A DNA stretch of 64,000 nucleotides from Escherichia coli (GCF_003018235.1 NZ_CP027437.1), one strand, 5' to 3'; shown: positions 1 through 12,742, counted from the stretch's first letter. Translations and numbers: made by a program. Notes: generated from the sequence alone by a model not told the origin.

Positions 1-43
1 TCCAAATGAACTATATTAAATACCGTGGGATAAGACATAACAA

Positions 44-367
44 ATGAAGTGGGTAGTAATTGACACGGTAATTCAACCTACATGCGGCATATCTTTTTCA
101 GCCATATGGGGTGATATGAAAATGATCATCTGGTATCAATCTACTATATTTCTCCCTCCTGGAAGTATATTTACACCGGTTAAGCCTGGTATTATCCTTA
201 AGGATAAAGAATACCCTATTACTATTTATAACATCACACCATTCAACAAGAATTTATGGAGTTTACTCAAAAGCAGTCAAGAGTGTCCTCCAGGAGAAAG
301 CGAAATAACAAATAAATGTTTGCATAAGAGTTGTATTATAAAAATATGCCCATATGGGCTCAAATAA
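44..367 (+). CDS. hypothetical protein in AT-rich DNA beyond the icd 3' end
   Basis: ORF in strongly AT-rich sequence downstream of icd; no recognisable family; may be spurious. Confidence 0.2.
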   Translation: MKWVVIDTVIQPTCGISFSAIWGDMKMIIWYQSTIFLPPGSIFTPVKPGIILKDKEYPITIYNITPFNKNLWSLLKSSQECPPGESEITNKCLHKSCIIKICPYGLK

Positions 368-423
368 TGGGTTTTATATAAATATGCTCGATATGCTATT
401 AATAATATCCACATAAATAAAAC

Positions 424-446
424 AACGGGCGTGTTATACGCCCGTT
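424..446 (-). terminator. putative intrinsic terminator of icd
   Basis: GC hairpin aacgggcgtgttatacgcccgtt followed by a T-run on the minus strand just after the icd stop. Confidence 0.5.
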
Positions 447-469
447 TCAATATTTAACACATGTAGAGA

Positions 470-1720
470 TTACATGTTCTTGATGATCGCATCACCAAAC
501 TCGCTGCATTTCAGCAGTTTAGCGCCTTCCATCAGACGTTCGAAGTCATAGGTTACAGTCTTGGCGTTGATTGCGCCTTCCATACCTTTAACAATCAGGT
601 CTGCGGCTTCAGTCCAGCCCATATGGCGCAGCATCATCTCAGCGGAGAGAATAATAGAGCCTGGGTTTACTTTGTCCTGACCGGCATATTTCGGCGCAGT
701 ACCGTGGGTGGCTTCAAACAGGGCGCATTCGTCACCGATGTTTGCGCCTGGGGCGATACCGATACCGCCGACCTGTGCAGCCAGAGCGTCAGAAATGTAG
801 TCACCGTTCAGGTTCATACAGGCGATAACATCATATTCAGCCGGACGCAGCAGGATCTGTTGCAGGAATGCATCAGCAATCACATCTTTAATGACGATCT
901 CTTTGCCGGTATTCGGGTTTTTAACTTTCATCCACGGGCCGCCGTCGATCAGTTCACCGCCAAACTCTTCACGCGCCAGCTGGTAGCCCCAGTCTTTAAA
1001 CGCGCCTTCGGTGAACTTCATGATGTTGCCTTTGTGCACCAGGGTCACAGAGTCACGATCGTTAGCAATTGCGTATTCGATCGCTGCACGAACCAGACGT
1101 TTGGTGCCTTCTTCCGAACACGGCTTAATACCGATACCGCAATGTTCCGGGAAGCGAATTTTCTTCACGCCCATCTCTTCACGCAGGAATTTAATCACTT
1201 TCTCGGCGTCGGCAGAGTCAGCTTTCCATTCGATACCCGCATAAATGTCTTCCGAGTTTTCACGGAAGATAACCATATCGGTCAGTTCAGGGTGTTTAAC
1301 CGGGCTTGGAGTGCCCTGATAGTAACGTACCGGACGCAGGCAGATGTAGAGATCCAGTTCCTGACGCAGGGCAACGTTCAGAGAGCGAATACCGCCACCT
1401 ACTGGAGTGGTCAGCGGGCCTTTAATGGCAACGCGATATTCACGAATCAGATCAAGGGTTTCAGCAGGCAGCCAGACATCCTGACCATAAACCTGTGTGG
1501 ATTTTTCACCGGTGTAAATTTCCATCCAGGAGATTTTACGCTCGCCTTTATAGGCTTTCTCGACTGCAGCGTCGACCACTTTCAGCATGGCTGGGGTTAC
1601 ATCTACACCGATTCCATCACCTTCAATGTAAGGGATAATCGGATTTTCAGGAACGTTGAGTTTGCCGTTTTGCAGGGTGATCTTCTTGCCTTGTGCCGGA
1701 ACAACTACTTTACTTTCCAT
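470..1720 (-). CDS. icd: isocitrate dehydrogenase (NADP)
   Basis: 416 aa translation [43 protein letters not shown] matches E. coli Icd; stop at 470-472 verified. Confidence 0.97.
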   Translation of the reverse strand: MESKVVVPAQGKKITLQNGKLNVPENPIIPYIEGDGIGVDVTPAMLKVVDAAVEKAYKGERKISWMEIYTGEKSTQVYGQDVWLPAETLDLIREYRVAIKGPLTTPVGGGIRSLNVALRQELDLYICLRPVRYYQGTPSPVKHPELTDMVIFRENSEDIYAGIEWKADSADAEKVIKFLREEMGVKKIRFPEHCGIGIKPCSEEGTKRLVRAAIEYAIANDRDSVTLVHKGNIMKFTEGAFKDWGYQLAREEFGGELIDGGPWMKVKNPNTGKEIVIKDVIADAFLQQILLRPAEYDVIACMNLNGDYISDALAAQVGGIGIAPGANIGDECALFEATHGTAPKYAGQDKVNPGSIILSAEMMLRHMGWTEAADLIVKGMEGAINAKTVTYDFERLMEGAKLLKCSEFGDAIIKNM

Positions 1721-1891
1721 TCACCTCTCCTTCGAGCGCTACTGGTTTGCTCGTCTGCCACCACGTTGCATATGCGTTTGCGTCCTGCGATACGGATGCT
1801 TTAGAGCAATTTTTTGTTAATGATTTGTAATTGGCTTGTCAATACTACCCTATTGTTTGCCGTCATGAAAGATGCGCGTTATTAGGCTATA

Positions 1892-2039
1892 ATGCGGCAA
1901 TTCATAATCTCTGAAAATACCATGCAAAAAACTTCTTTTAGACCAAAGACAGTATTTTCCCGACATTCAAATAAAGTATTAAATATCAATTATTTACACC
2001 AGATTTTAAGCAATAAAAAAACCACCAGAGATAACTAAC
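1892..2039 (+). pseudogene. displaced original 5' end of rluE fused to insert sequence
   Basis: ATG at 1892 encodes MRQFIISENTMQKTSFR, which I recall as the K-12 RluE N-terminus, then diverges and stops after 49 codons. Confidence 0.4.
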
Positions 2040-2180
2040 AGGGTGCTATTTGGTCAAAATTTGACATTACTCGATTCAGCGACTATCTCACTTTGAGCAC
2101 TATTGGGAAAATTATCAAAAGTCATGGTTGAAGCGACAAGCAACGAGTAAATTATGGCATCCCCCCTTTTTGAGGTTCAC

Positions 2181-2267
2181 ATGAAACGCTTTGCACTGAT
2201 AGCTGTGAAACTCGTTGCCTTTACTGGTTCTGCATCTGCTGCAACCGAAGAAATCAACTTCAAGTAA
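2181..2267 (+). CDS. 28-aa signal-peptide-like ORF
   Basis: MKRFALIAVKLVAFTGSASAATEEINFK preceded by a GAGG ribosome-binding site; within the rluE insert. Confidence 0.2.
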   Translation: MKRFALIAVKLVAFTGSASAATEEINFK

Positions 2268-2300
2268 CAGAAACACTATATAACAATGGAGTGTTGACAA

Positions 2301-2588
2301 ATGGATACTACCGAAGAACGCAATGGAACATATTTCTACAGAGGACACCCGAACCTGTCCAAAATAGAACTACTCAACGTCATATTCCTTGAAGAATTCT
2401 GTAAGGAATTGGGGATTGATTCGGTATCAGGTGCAGCAATCTTATCTGGTCAACCGTGGCTGGGTACAAGAGCGAAGCCGCAAGGGGCAACCCTGGGAAC
2501 AAGTGTTGTCTCAAAGTATGCGCGTATACTGATGAGAGATGCACGCATGCCTTTTGGTATTTGTGGGTGTAAGGATGCAGAAATCTAA
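2301..2588 (+). CDS. hypothetical protein
   Basis: 95 aa ORF in the rluE insert; no family recognised. Confidence 0.3.
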   Translation: MDTTEERNGTYFYRGHPNLSKIELLNVIFLEEFCKELGIDSVSGAAILSGQPWLGTRAKPQGATLGTSVVSKYARILMRDARMPFGICGCKDAEI

Positions 2589-2736
2589 TAAGCTTGCTGC
2601 AATTATCGCTCGTTGGGTCCCGTGGATTGGTTGGGCTTCACTGTCGATGAGTCTTTACAGGGTTTCGACTCGTACCCAGGAAAAATACAATCTGATTGCC
2701 AAACCTCAAGACCGTATTAAGTGGACTTCCTTCTAA
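2539..2736 (+). CDS. small putative membrane protein
   Basis: Hydrophobic stretch LAAIIARWVPWIGWASLSMSLY; likely start is the internal ATG at 2575. Confidence 0.25.
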   Translation: MHACLLVFVGVRMQKSNKLAAIIARWVPWIGWASLSMSLYRVSTRTQEKYNLIAKPQDRIKWTSF

Positions 2737-3071
2737 TGGCGACAACAATCACAGACGAAGTTTTAGCACTGTTCCGTGATGAGATTCCAGGTTATCAGGA
2801 TGACCACGGGAAGGAAATTCCGTTAGAACTGGACTCTGATTTGTTCGACTATCCACGAGATGATTTAGAGGACGCTATACGGAAATACAAAGAGAGGTTT
2901 GGGATTAACCTGGATAATCTGGACTGGTCTTTGTACCTTCCATGGGAGTCTGCACCATTGCTTCAACGATGGTTCAAGCTCAAGCGGGAAGAGGTAGAAA
3001 CAACACGTTTACCGTTAACTGTACGGATGTTTGCAGAATCAGCAGAAGCGGGAAAATGGCTGTATCAGTAG
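2721..3071 (+). CDS. hypothetical acidic protein
   Basis: 116 aa acidic ORF in the rluE insert; no confident family assignment. Confidence 0.4.
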   Translation: MDFLLMATTITDEVLALFRDEIPGYQDDHGKEIPLELDSDLFDYPRDDLEDAIRKYKERFGINLDNLDWSLYLPWESAPLLQRWFKLKREEVETTRLPLTVRMFAESAEAGKWLYQ

Positions 3072-3391
3072 AATAAAAAAGAAGGCTGCGATGCCCCTCT
3101 TATTACTGCTGATGATAGTAGTGGTAAAGCATCATCCTAAACTTGAACAGTGAAGTGCTGTCACCCATCAGTAATACAGAAACACTATTTTTCATACCAG
3201 TATTTATTCAATTCATCAATGTAAAATGTGTTCATTGGGCCATATTTATCACCATGCAGCCACACAACCGCTGCTCACTAACCCAGGTATTGATGAAACC
3301 GCGCTGAAGAGCCTGAACCCTGAACCTCTAACGAGTACCTTAAAAGTCCAATGCAATCCGACACTGTGCTACCCTCTGCGTATAGCTCTAT

Positions 3392-4042
3392 TTGGAATTT
3401 ACCATGAAATACTTTAGCGATTCTAAATCTTCTTTTAGAAAAAAACAGGTTAGTCGACTAAACTCGCAACACTCCACTAAGCGTAAACCTGAAAATCAGC
3501 CCACGCGCGTGATCCTGTTCAATAAACCCTACGATGTTCTTCCGCAGTTCACCGATGAAGCCGGACGCAAAACATTAAAAGAATTCATCCCGGTTCAGGG
3601 CGTTTATGCAGCAGGTCGTCTTGACCGCGATAGCGAAGGGTTACTGGTGCTGACCAATAACGGCGCGTTGCAGGCGCGTTTAACCCAGCCGGGTAAACGC
3701 ACCGGAAAAATCTATTATGTGCAGGTGGAAGGTATTCCCACACAAGACGCACTTGAAGCCTTGCGCAATGGCGTAACCTTAAATGATGGCCCTACCCTGC
3801 CCGCAGGCGTAGAGCTGGTTGACGAACCCGCGTGGTTATGGCCGCGGAATCCACCAATTCGTGAACGCAAAAGTATTCCCACCAGCTGGCTGAAGATCAC
3901 CTTATATGAAGGACGTAATCGCCAGGTGCGCCGCATGACCGCCCATGTTGGTTTCCCCACGCTGCGACTGATTCGCTATGCGATGGGTGATTACTCTTTG
4001 GATAATCTTGCCAACGGCGAATGGCGAGAAGCGACAGATTAA
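3392..4042 (+). CDS. rluE: 23S rRNA pseudouridine synthase E with substituted N-terminus
   Basis: Translation from [23 protein letters not shown] onward matches RluE; track start 3392 is TTG, first ATG is 3404. Confidence 0.85.
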   Translation: MEFTMKYFSDSKSSFRKKQVSRLNSQHSTKRKPENQPTRVILFNKPYDVLPQFTDEAGRKTLKEFIPVQGVYAAGRLDRDSEGLLVLTNNGALQARLTQPGKRTGKIYYVQVEGIPTQDALEALRNGVTLNDGPTLPAGVELVDEPAWLWPRNPPIRERKSIPTSWLKITLYEGRNRQVRRMTAHVGFPTLRLIRYAMGDYSLDNLANGEWREATD

Positions 4043-4051
4043 GGACGCAAA

Positions 4052-5673
<1,622 letters not shown>

Positions 5674-5708
5674 TTATTATCTTTACTTAAAACAAGGAAG
5701 CAGTGAAC

Positions 5709-6350
5709 GTGGCAAAGAATTACTATGACATCACCCTCGCCCTGGCCGGTATTTGTCAGTCGGCACGCCTGGTGCAACAACTCGCTCACCAGGGGCATTG
5801 TGATGCCGATGCGCTACACGTCTCACTCAACAGTATTATTGATATGAACCCCAGCTCGACGCTGGCGGTTTTTGGCGGCAGCGAAGCCAACCTGCGCGTC
5901 GGGCTGGAAACCTTGCTCGGCGTGCTCAATGCCAGCAGTCGCCAGGGCTTAAACGCTGAGTTAACCCGCTACACACTCAGCCTGATGGTGCTTGAGCGCA
6001 AACTCTCCTCAGCGAAAGGTGCGCTCGACACTCTGGGCAACCGGATCAACGGCCTGCAACGCCAGCTCGAACACTTCGATTTACAGTCCGAAACGCTGAT
6101 GAGCGCGATGGCTGCTATCTATGTTGATGTGATTAGCCCGCTTGGCCCGCGCATTCAGGTAACCGGTTCCCCTGCTGTACTGCAAAGCCCACAAGTGCAG
6201 GCGAAAGTTCGCGCAACCCTGCTGGCAGGCATTCGCGCCGCCGTGCTCTGGCACCAGGTTGGCGGCGGACGTCTGCAACTGATGTTTTCTCGTAATCGCC
6301 TGACCACTCAGGCAAAACAAATTCTTGCTCATTTAACCCCGGAGTTGTGA
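5709..6350 (+). CDS. hflD: lysogenization regulator HflD
   Basis: Translation [21 protein letters not shown] from a GTG start at 5709; 213 aa. Confidence 0.9.
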   Translation: MAKNYYDITLALAGICQSARLVQQLAHQGHCDADALHVSLNSIIDMNPSSTLAVFGGSEANLRVGLETLLGVLNASSRQGLNAELTRYTLSLMVLERKLSSAKGALDTLGNRINGLQRQLEHFDLQSETLMSAMAAIYVDVISPLGPRIQVTGSPAVLQSPQVQAKVRATLLAGIRAAVLWHQVGGGRLQLMFSRNRLTTQAKQILAHLTPEL

Positions 6351-7724
<1,374 letters not shown>

Positions 7725-7815
7725 GCCTCAAAACAGTGCCGGATGGCGATGCTGTCCGGCCTGCTTATTAAGATTATCCACTTTTTCTTTTTTCACTTTA
7801 CCTCCCCTCCCCGCT

Positions 7816-7832
7816 GGTTTATTTAATGTTTA
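7816..7832 (+). promoter_or_regulatory. PhoP box upstream of phoP
   Basis: ggtttatttaatgttta: two GTTTA hexamer repeats spaced by 5 nt, about 60 bp upstream of the phoP start. Confidence 0.6.
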
Positions 7833-7892
7833 CCCCCATAACCACATAATCGCGTTACACTATTTTAATAATTAAGACAGGGAGAAATAAAA

Positions 7893-8564
7893 ATGCGCGT
7901 ACTGGTTGTTGAAGACAATGCGTTGTTACGTCACCACCTTAAAGTTCAGATTCAGGATGCTGGTCATCAGGTCGATGATGCAGAAGATGCCAAAGAAGCC
8001 GATTATTATCTCAATGAACATTTACCGGATATTGCGATTGTCGATCTGGGATTGCCAGACGAGGACGGTCTGTCACTGATTCGCCGCTGGCGTAGCAATG
8101 ATGTTTCACTGCCGATTCTGGTATTAACCGCCCGTGAAAGCTGGCAGGACAAAGTCGAAGTATTAAGTGCCGGTGCTGATGATTACGTGACTAAACCATT
8201 TCATATTGAAGAGGTGATGGCGCGAATGCAGGCATTAATGCGGCGTAATAGCGGTCTGGCTTCACAGGTCATTTCGCTACCCCCGTTTCAGGTTGATCTC
8301 TCCCGCCGTGAATTATCTATTAATGACGAAGTGATCAAACTGACCGCGTTCGAATACACCATCATGGAAACGTTGATACGCAATAATGGCAAAGTGGTCA
8401 GCAAAGATTCGTTAATGCTACAACTCTACCCGGATGCGGAGCTGCGGGAAAGTCATACCATAGATGTACTGATGGGACGTCTGCGCAAAAAAATACAGGC
8501 ACAATATCCGCAAGAAGTGATTACCACCGTTCGCGGCCAGGGCTATCTGTTCGAATTGCGCTGA
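7893..8564 (+). CDS. phoP: response regulator PhoP
   Basis: 223 aa OmpR-family regulator [30 protein letters not shown]. Confidence 0.97.
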   Translation: MRVLVVEDNALLRHHLKVQIQDAGHQVDDAEDAKEADYYLNEHLPDIAIVDLGLPDEDGLSLIRRWRSNDVSLPILVLTARESWQDKVEVLSAGADDYVTKPFHIEEVMARMQALMRRNSGLASQVISLPPFQVDLSRRELSINDEVIKLTAFEYTIMETLIRNNGKVVSKDSLMLQLYPDAELRESHTIDVLMGRLRKKIQAQYPQEVITTVRGQGYLFELR

Positions 8565-10024
8565 TGAAAAAATTACTGCGTCTTTTTTTCCCGCTCTCGC
8601 TGCGGGTACGTTTTCTGTTAGCAACGGCAGCAGTAGTATTGGTGCTTTCGCTTGCCTACGGAATGGTTGCGCTGATCGGTTATAGCGTCAGTTTCGATAA
8701 AACCACGTTTCGGCTGTTACGTGGCGAGAGCAATCTGTTCTATACCCTTGCGAAGTGGGAAAACAATAAGTTGCATGTCGAGTTACCCGAAAATATCGAC
8801 AAGCAAAGCCCCACTATGACGCTAATTTATGATGAGAACGGGCAGCTTTTATGGGCGCAACGTGACGTGCCCTGGCTGATGAAGATGATCCAGCCTGACT
8901 GGCTGAAATCGAATGGTTTTCATGAAATTGAAGCGGATGTTAACGATACCAGCCTCTTGCTGAGTGGAGATCATTCGATACAGCAACAGTTGCAGGAAGT
9001 GCGGGAAGATGATGACGACGCGGAGATGACCCACTCGGTGGCGGTAAACGTCTACCCGGCAACATCGCGGATGCCAAAGTTGACCATTGTGGTGGTGGAT
9101 ACCATTCCGGTGGAGCTAAAAAGTTCCTATATGGTCTGGAGCTGGTTTATCTATGTGCTCTCAGCCAATCTGCTGTTAGTGATCCCGCTGCTGTGGGTCG
9201 CCGCCTGGTGGAGTTTACGCCCCATCGAAGCCCTGGCAAAAGAAGTCCGCGAACTGGAAGAACATAACCGCGAATTGCTCAATCCAGCCACAACGCGAGA
9301 ACTGACCAGTCTGGTACGAAACCTGAACCGATTGTTAAAAAGTGAACGCGAACGTTACGACAAATACCGTACGACGCTCACCGACCTGACCCATAGTCTG
9401 AAAACGCCACTGGCGGTGCTGCAAAGTACGCTGCGTTCTCTGCGTAGTGAAAAGATGAGCGTCAGTGATGCTGAACCGGTAATGCTGGAGCAAATCAGCC
9501 GCATTTCACAGCAAATTGGCTACTACCTGCATCGTGCCAGTATGCGCGGCGGGACATTGCTCAGCCGCGAGCTGCATCCGGTCGCCCCACTGCTGGACAA
9601 TCTCACCTCGGCGCTGAACAAAGTGTATCAACGCAAAGGGGTCAATATCTCTCTCGATATTTCGCCAGAGATCAGCTTTGTCGGTGAGCAGAACGATTTT
9701 GTCGAGGTGATGGGCAACGTGCTGGATAATGCCTGTAAATATTGCCTCGAGTTTGTCGAAATATCTGCAAGGCAAACCGACGAGCATCTCTATATTGTGG
9801 TCGAGGATGATGGCCCCGGTATTCCATTAAGCAAGCGAGAGGTCATTTTCGACCGTGGTCAACGGGTTGATACTTTACGCCCTGGGCAAGGTGTAGGGCT
9901 GGCGGTAGCCCGCGAAATCACCGAGCAATATGAGGGTAAAATCGTCGCCGGAGAGAGCATGCTGGGCGGTGCGCGGATGGAGGTGATTTTTGGTCGCCAG
10001 CATTCTGCGCCGAAAGATGAATAA
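8564..10024 (+). CDS. phoQ: sensor histidine kinase PhoQ
   Basis: 486 aa; start overlaps the phoP stop (TGATG); histidine kinase motifs. Confidence 0.97.
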   Translation: MKKLLRLFFPLSLRVRFLLATAAVVLVLSLAYGMVALIGYSVSFDKTTFRLLRGESNLFYTLAKWENNKLHVELPENIDKQSPTMTLIYDENGQLLWAQRDVPWLMKMIQPDWLKSNGFHEIEADVNDTSLLLSGDHSIQQQLQEVREDDDDAEMTHSVAVNVYPATSRMPKLTIVVVDTIPVELKSSYMVWSWFIYVLSANLLLVIPLLWVAAWWSLRPIEALAKEVRELEEHNRELLNPATTRELTSLVRNLNRLLKSERERYDKYRTTLTDLTHSLKTPLAVLQSTLRSLRSEKMSVSDAEPVMLEQISRISQQIGYYLHRASMRGGTLLSRELHPVAPLLDNLTSALNKVYQRKGVNISLDISPEISFVGEQNDFVEVMGNVLDNACKYCLEFVEISARQTDEHLYIVVEDDGPGIPLSKREVIFDRGQRVDTLRPGQGVGLAVAREITEQYEGKIVAGESMLGGARMEVIFGRQHSAPKDE

Positions 10025-10110
10025 ATATGTCCTTTTATCATTAAACACAACCAACCAATTGATTTAATTAAATAAATCTCACTACAGAAAGTGCCAAAAA
10101 TCGCAAATTG

Positions 10111-10131
10111 ACTACACCATTAACTACACCG
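10111..10131. repeat. attL core actacaccattaactacaccg
   Basis: Identical to 21485-21505; flanking ~40 bp show imperfect similarity. Confidence 0.7.
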
Positions 10132-10234
10132 TTCGGTGCACTGTATGAAACAACGTGGAACAAATAGACACAAGAAATATATGGGCGGGTAATTTATCTA
10201 TGTGAAAGCGTGCCGACTAATAGGGCGTTAATGT

Positions 10235-10256
10235 CGATATGGGGATCCCCATATCG
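10235..10256. repeat. perfect 22-bp palindrome cgatatggggatccccatatcg
   Basis: Read directly from the sequence. Confidence 0.6.
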
Positions 10257-10284
10257 GGAACCATACCGGAATTTTTGCCAGGTT

Positions 10285-10411
10285 AAATGTTAACCGCTGC
10301 CCTGTTAACATTTTTACCAAAAAGGTAGTTAACATTTTTTGCACGCAACCATATGAATCATAAAGACAAAATCAACAACAACGCTTCATCAGGCAGTTAA
10401 CATGTTAACTA
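10285..10411. repeat. array of four to five GTTAACAT repeats
   Basis: tgttaac at 10288, 10303, 10328 and doubled at 10396-10411; non-coding. Confidence 0.45.
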
Positions 10412-10925
10412 CTACAAAACGGTAATTTTTTCTCTGCGTGAGAGTGGGCGCGGTGTCCGAATTGTTCGTTGTTCGTGGCTAACCGCTCCCCCCCCTATAC
10501 CGGATTTTTTTCCGGTTAATCTTTAATCAGGCTGGTGGGGGTTACATACCCTTGATCACCGTAATGATGATTCAGGTATGCACCTTTCCCCCCGATGGGG
10601 TAAAAGCATCAACCGTAACGGTAATATCTGCCTTGATGGTCTGCGTGGTCATTATGACCATTCAGCCAATGACCTTAATCAGAATTTTTCGCTAAAAAAT
10701 GATGTTGGCCACGTCGTCCGGAAAGCACAAAATCCCGTCGATTTTTAATTAACGGTTAAACCGCCTTTTTGTCACGGTGTGTCACTGGTTGCCACTCACC
10801 GTCACGATGTCCGCTCGCCTGGCTGTAAATTAAACTACGAAAATTTCGTAGTTGTGAGGGACTACAAGTCCCGCGCAAATTTCCCCCGGTCCCCTCAAAT
10901 TGAGGTTGCCGGAAATATCAACCAG

Positions 10926-11219
10926 TTACCGCCGTAACCGCTCCAGCTTCTTCCAGTGGTACGTAATTTTCTCTTTCTCCCGGTACATCTCAACGCGGCG
11001 ATTGTAGGCCAGCATTTCCAGAACGCGGATCCGTATGTCGCGCATATCTACATCGTTAAGCTGGATACCATCACGGCGCATCACCTCAGCAACCACACGC
11101 GCATAATTTTCAGCGGTCACGCTGTCCGGCTGCGTTGCCTGTTCGTCAGCCTGCTGGCTGATTCCTGCAACGCGGTGGATTAATCGCAGTATTTCGGCTT
11201 CTGTCATTGTGCCCCCCAT
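10926..11219 (-). CDS. hypothetical protein next to cos
   Basis: 97 aa ORF MGGTMTEAEILRLIHRVAGISQQ; no family recognised. Confidence 0.45.
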   Translation of the reverse strand: MGGTMTEAEILRLIHRVAGISQQADEQATQPDSVTAENYARVVAEVMRRDGIQLNDVDMRDIRIRVLEMLAYNRRVEMYREKEKITYHWKKLERLRR

Positions 11220-11243
11220 CGTTCTAATCGTCTGGTGTCGTCG

Positions 11244-11313
11244 GGTCCTTCCTGGAATTATGGCCCGTTACGGGGCGGCGACCTCGCGGTTTTTCACTAT
11301 TTATGAGATTTTT
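11244..11313 (+). other. lambda-type cos site (cos-L), plus orientation
   Basis: cgggtccttcc (cosQ-like) then ttacggggcggcgacctcgcgg; 12-nt cosN gggcggcgacct at 11273-11284, as I recall the lambda cohesive end. Confidence 0.7.
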
Positions 11314-11319
11314 TAGGGG

Positions 11320-11472
11320 GTGGTTGTTGTTTAATTGTTTGTCATATCTATTTGATAACTAAGTAAAAATAGAGAGCAATACAACAACCTGATAGTGTTT
11401 TTTGATGCTACAAATAAAAAAAATGCTAATTGAATCAAATAGTTTTACAAAAATACGTGGTTGTTGTATTGC
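11320..11472 (+). repeat. three GGTTGTTGT repeats, middle one inverted, downstream of cos-L
   Basis: gtggttgttgt 11320-11330, caatacaacaacc 11377-11389, cgtggttgttgtattgc 11456-11472, separated by AT-rich spacers. Confidence 0.5.
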
Positions 11473-11521
11473 GTATTTGATGGCGTAACAGAAAGTGATT
11501 TTGAACTTTGCTGTTCTGTGA

Positions 11522-11731
11522 CTACTGATTGTTCCATGCTGGCGCGGCGAACGCTTCGGCATGACGCCCCCCAGCCAGAAAACCAGCCATTTTATTTCGT
11601 GCTTTGCTCACATCTTCCGGTGAGTAGCCGTAAATCTGTAAACCTTCATTGAATCGATGTTCTGTTTCTTCACTTGAGTACTCGTCGCTCTCCGATGAAA
11701 TCAGCCTGGCAACTTCAGTCTGCGTAGCCAC
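11522..11731 (-). CDS. hypothetical small acidic protein downstream of cos-R
   Basis: 69 aa, GTG start with GAGGTGAGG ribosome-binding site; sits where Nu1 sits relative to lambda cos but is not Nu1-like. Confidence 0.4.
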   Translation of the reverse strand: MATQTEVARLISSESDEYSSEETEHRFNEGLQIYGYSPEDVSKARNKMAGFLAGGRHAEAFAAPAWNNQ

Positions 11732-11761
11732 TCCTCACCTCACAATCACGACAAAACCGGT

Positions 11762-11861
11762 CATGTCCGGTTTACATGTCTATTTTTTGCGCATGTCCGG
11801 TTCATGGAAAGCCTATTTTTATATTTTTCATATAGTTAACTTGCAGAGAAACCGGACATGG
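11762..11861 (-). repeat. three AACCGGACATG repeats, one inverted, downstream of cos-R
   Basis: catgtccggtt at 11762-11772 and 11792-11802, aaccggacatg at 11851-11861 (plus-strand reading). Confidence 0.5.
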
Positions 11862-11932
11862 ATCCCGGAAAATTTTCATAAATAGCGAAAAACCGCGAGG
11901 TCGCCGCCCCGTAACGGGTCCATATGCCGGAA
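11860..11932 (-). other. lambda-type cos site (cos-R), minus orientation
   Basis: Minus strand reads ttacgggtcctttccgg ... cgttacggggcggcgacctcgcggtttttcgctatttatgaaaattttccgg; cosN at 11898-11909. Confidence 0.75.
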
Positions 11933-11941
11933 AGGACCCGT

Positions 11942-11964
11942 AAAAAAGCCGGATTTCTCCGGCC
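11942..11964 (-). terminator. intrinsic terminator after the capsid operon
   Basis: Minus strand gccggagaaatccggc hairpin followed by tttttt. Confidence 0.5.
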
Positions 11965-11969
11965 TTGTC

Positions 11970-12383
11970 TCAGATGGTTTTCAGTATGCGATCGATGTCG
12001 CCGTCATCGCCCGGGTTTCTGCCATCGTATGCCATGCCAGCTGATACGGCTTGCGGGCTGTGCATGTCCATAAAGTTTTCAAAGGCTGCGGTAAGCTCTG
12101 GTGCAACCTTCAGGCGTTCCTGCTCTATGGTCATGCTAAGGATGCTTTTAGCCGTACCAACATCGATACAAGGCACGTTTGCCATTGCACGTAACAGCGG
12201 CTGATAGTCGCCAGATTCATCAAGCGCCATAATCGCATCAGAGCGCGGCTTGTCCTTCTCTTCCAGGCTGTTAAGTTGATATACGGCCTCGTAGGTTGAT
12301 AAACCTCTGTCAGCCATTGCCCGCGCTTCGGCCTTAAATTTACTCGCCAGCGGTAGCGTCATGATGCTTTCATTCGTTGCCAT
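11970..12383 (-). CDS. hypothetical protein, last gene of capsid operon
   Basis: 137 aa acidic ORF directly after the decoration gene; no family recognised. Confidence 0.55.
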   Translation of the reverse strand: MATNESIMTLPLASKFKAEARAMADRGLSTYEAVYQLNSLEEKDKPRSDAIMALDESGDYQPLLRAMANVPCIDVGTAKSILSMTIEQERLKVAPELTAAFENFMDMHSPQAVSAGMAYDGRNPGDDGDIDRILKTI

Positions 12384-12395
12384 CGTTACCCCTGC

Positions 12396-12731
12396 TTATC
12401 GCGCCAGCGGCTGAACGGATACGCCAGAACCCGCAAAGGCGGCGCATTTTTTCGCGTCGGTGTCGACGCTCTCAGGCCAGTTTACAGCGGCGATATTGAA
12501 TATCCCCGCCTTGTAGCACTGTGCTGATTTCTGCTTTGACGTGTCCACGGGGTACGACGTCAGGTAAACAGCCTTGCCCGATTCCTGACCATCCCACGGT
12601 TTAAACTCGCCATTGTCCGCCAGCATCAGCGGGGTAAATTCCTGAATAACGCCAGCATCAGCGGCAAAATGTACCAGCGTCGTGGCGACCTGCTGACTGC
12701 CTGCAAATAACTCAATGTATGGAGTGTCCAT
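12396..12731 (-). CDS. head decoration protein, lambda gpD-like
   Basis: 111 aa; TPLMLADNGEFKPWDG ... KAGIF ... WPE ... AKKCAAFAGSGVSV resembles gpD as I recall it. Confidence 0.7.
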   Translation of the reverse strand: MDTPYIELFAGSQQVATTLVHFAADAGVIQEFTPLMLADNGEFKPWDGQESGKAVYLTSYPVDTSKQKSAQCYKAGIFNIAAVNWPESVDTDAKKCAAFAGSGVSVQPLAR

Positions 12732-12742
12732 AGAATTCCCCG

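Larger units (their letters stand above)
1943..3428. mobile_element. ~1.5 kb insertion in the 5' end of rluE, flanked by an 11-bp direct repeat cttcttttaga (1932-1942 and 3429-3439)
   Basis: Direct repeat plus a diverged copy of the rluE start region at the right junction; no recombinase inside. Confidence 0.4.

Noticed and set aside
623-1804. 393 aa plus-strand ORF spanning the icd locus
   Set aside because: Antisense shadow ORF inside a highly conserved gene; Arg/Phe-rich translation with no family resemblance.
10025-10131. tRNA or tmRNA gene as the integration target
   Set aside because: No cloverleaf-compatible sequence at either junction; the target appears to be the phoQ-roxA intergenic region.
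11244-11932. Inverted-repeat-bounded segment as a miniature transposon or invertible promoter switch
   Set aside because: The repeats match the lambda cosQ-cosN sequence and have cosB-like repeat arrays, and no transposase or invertase is present.
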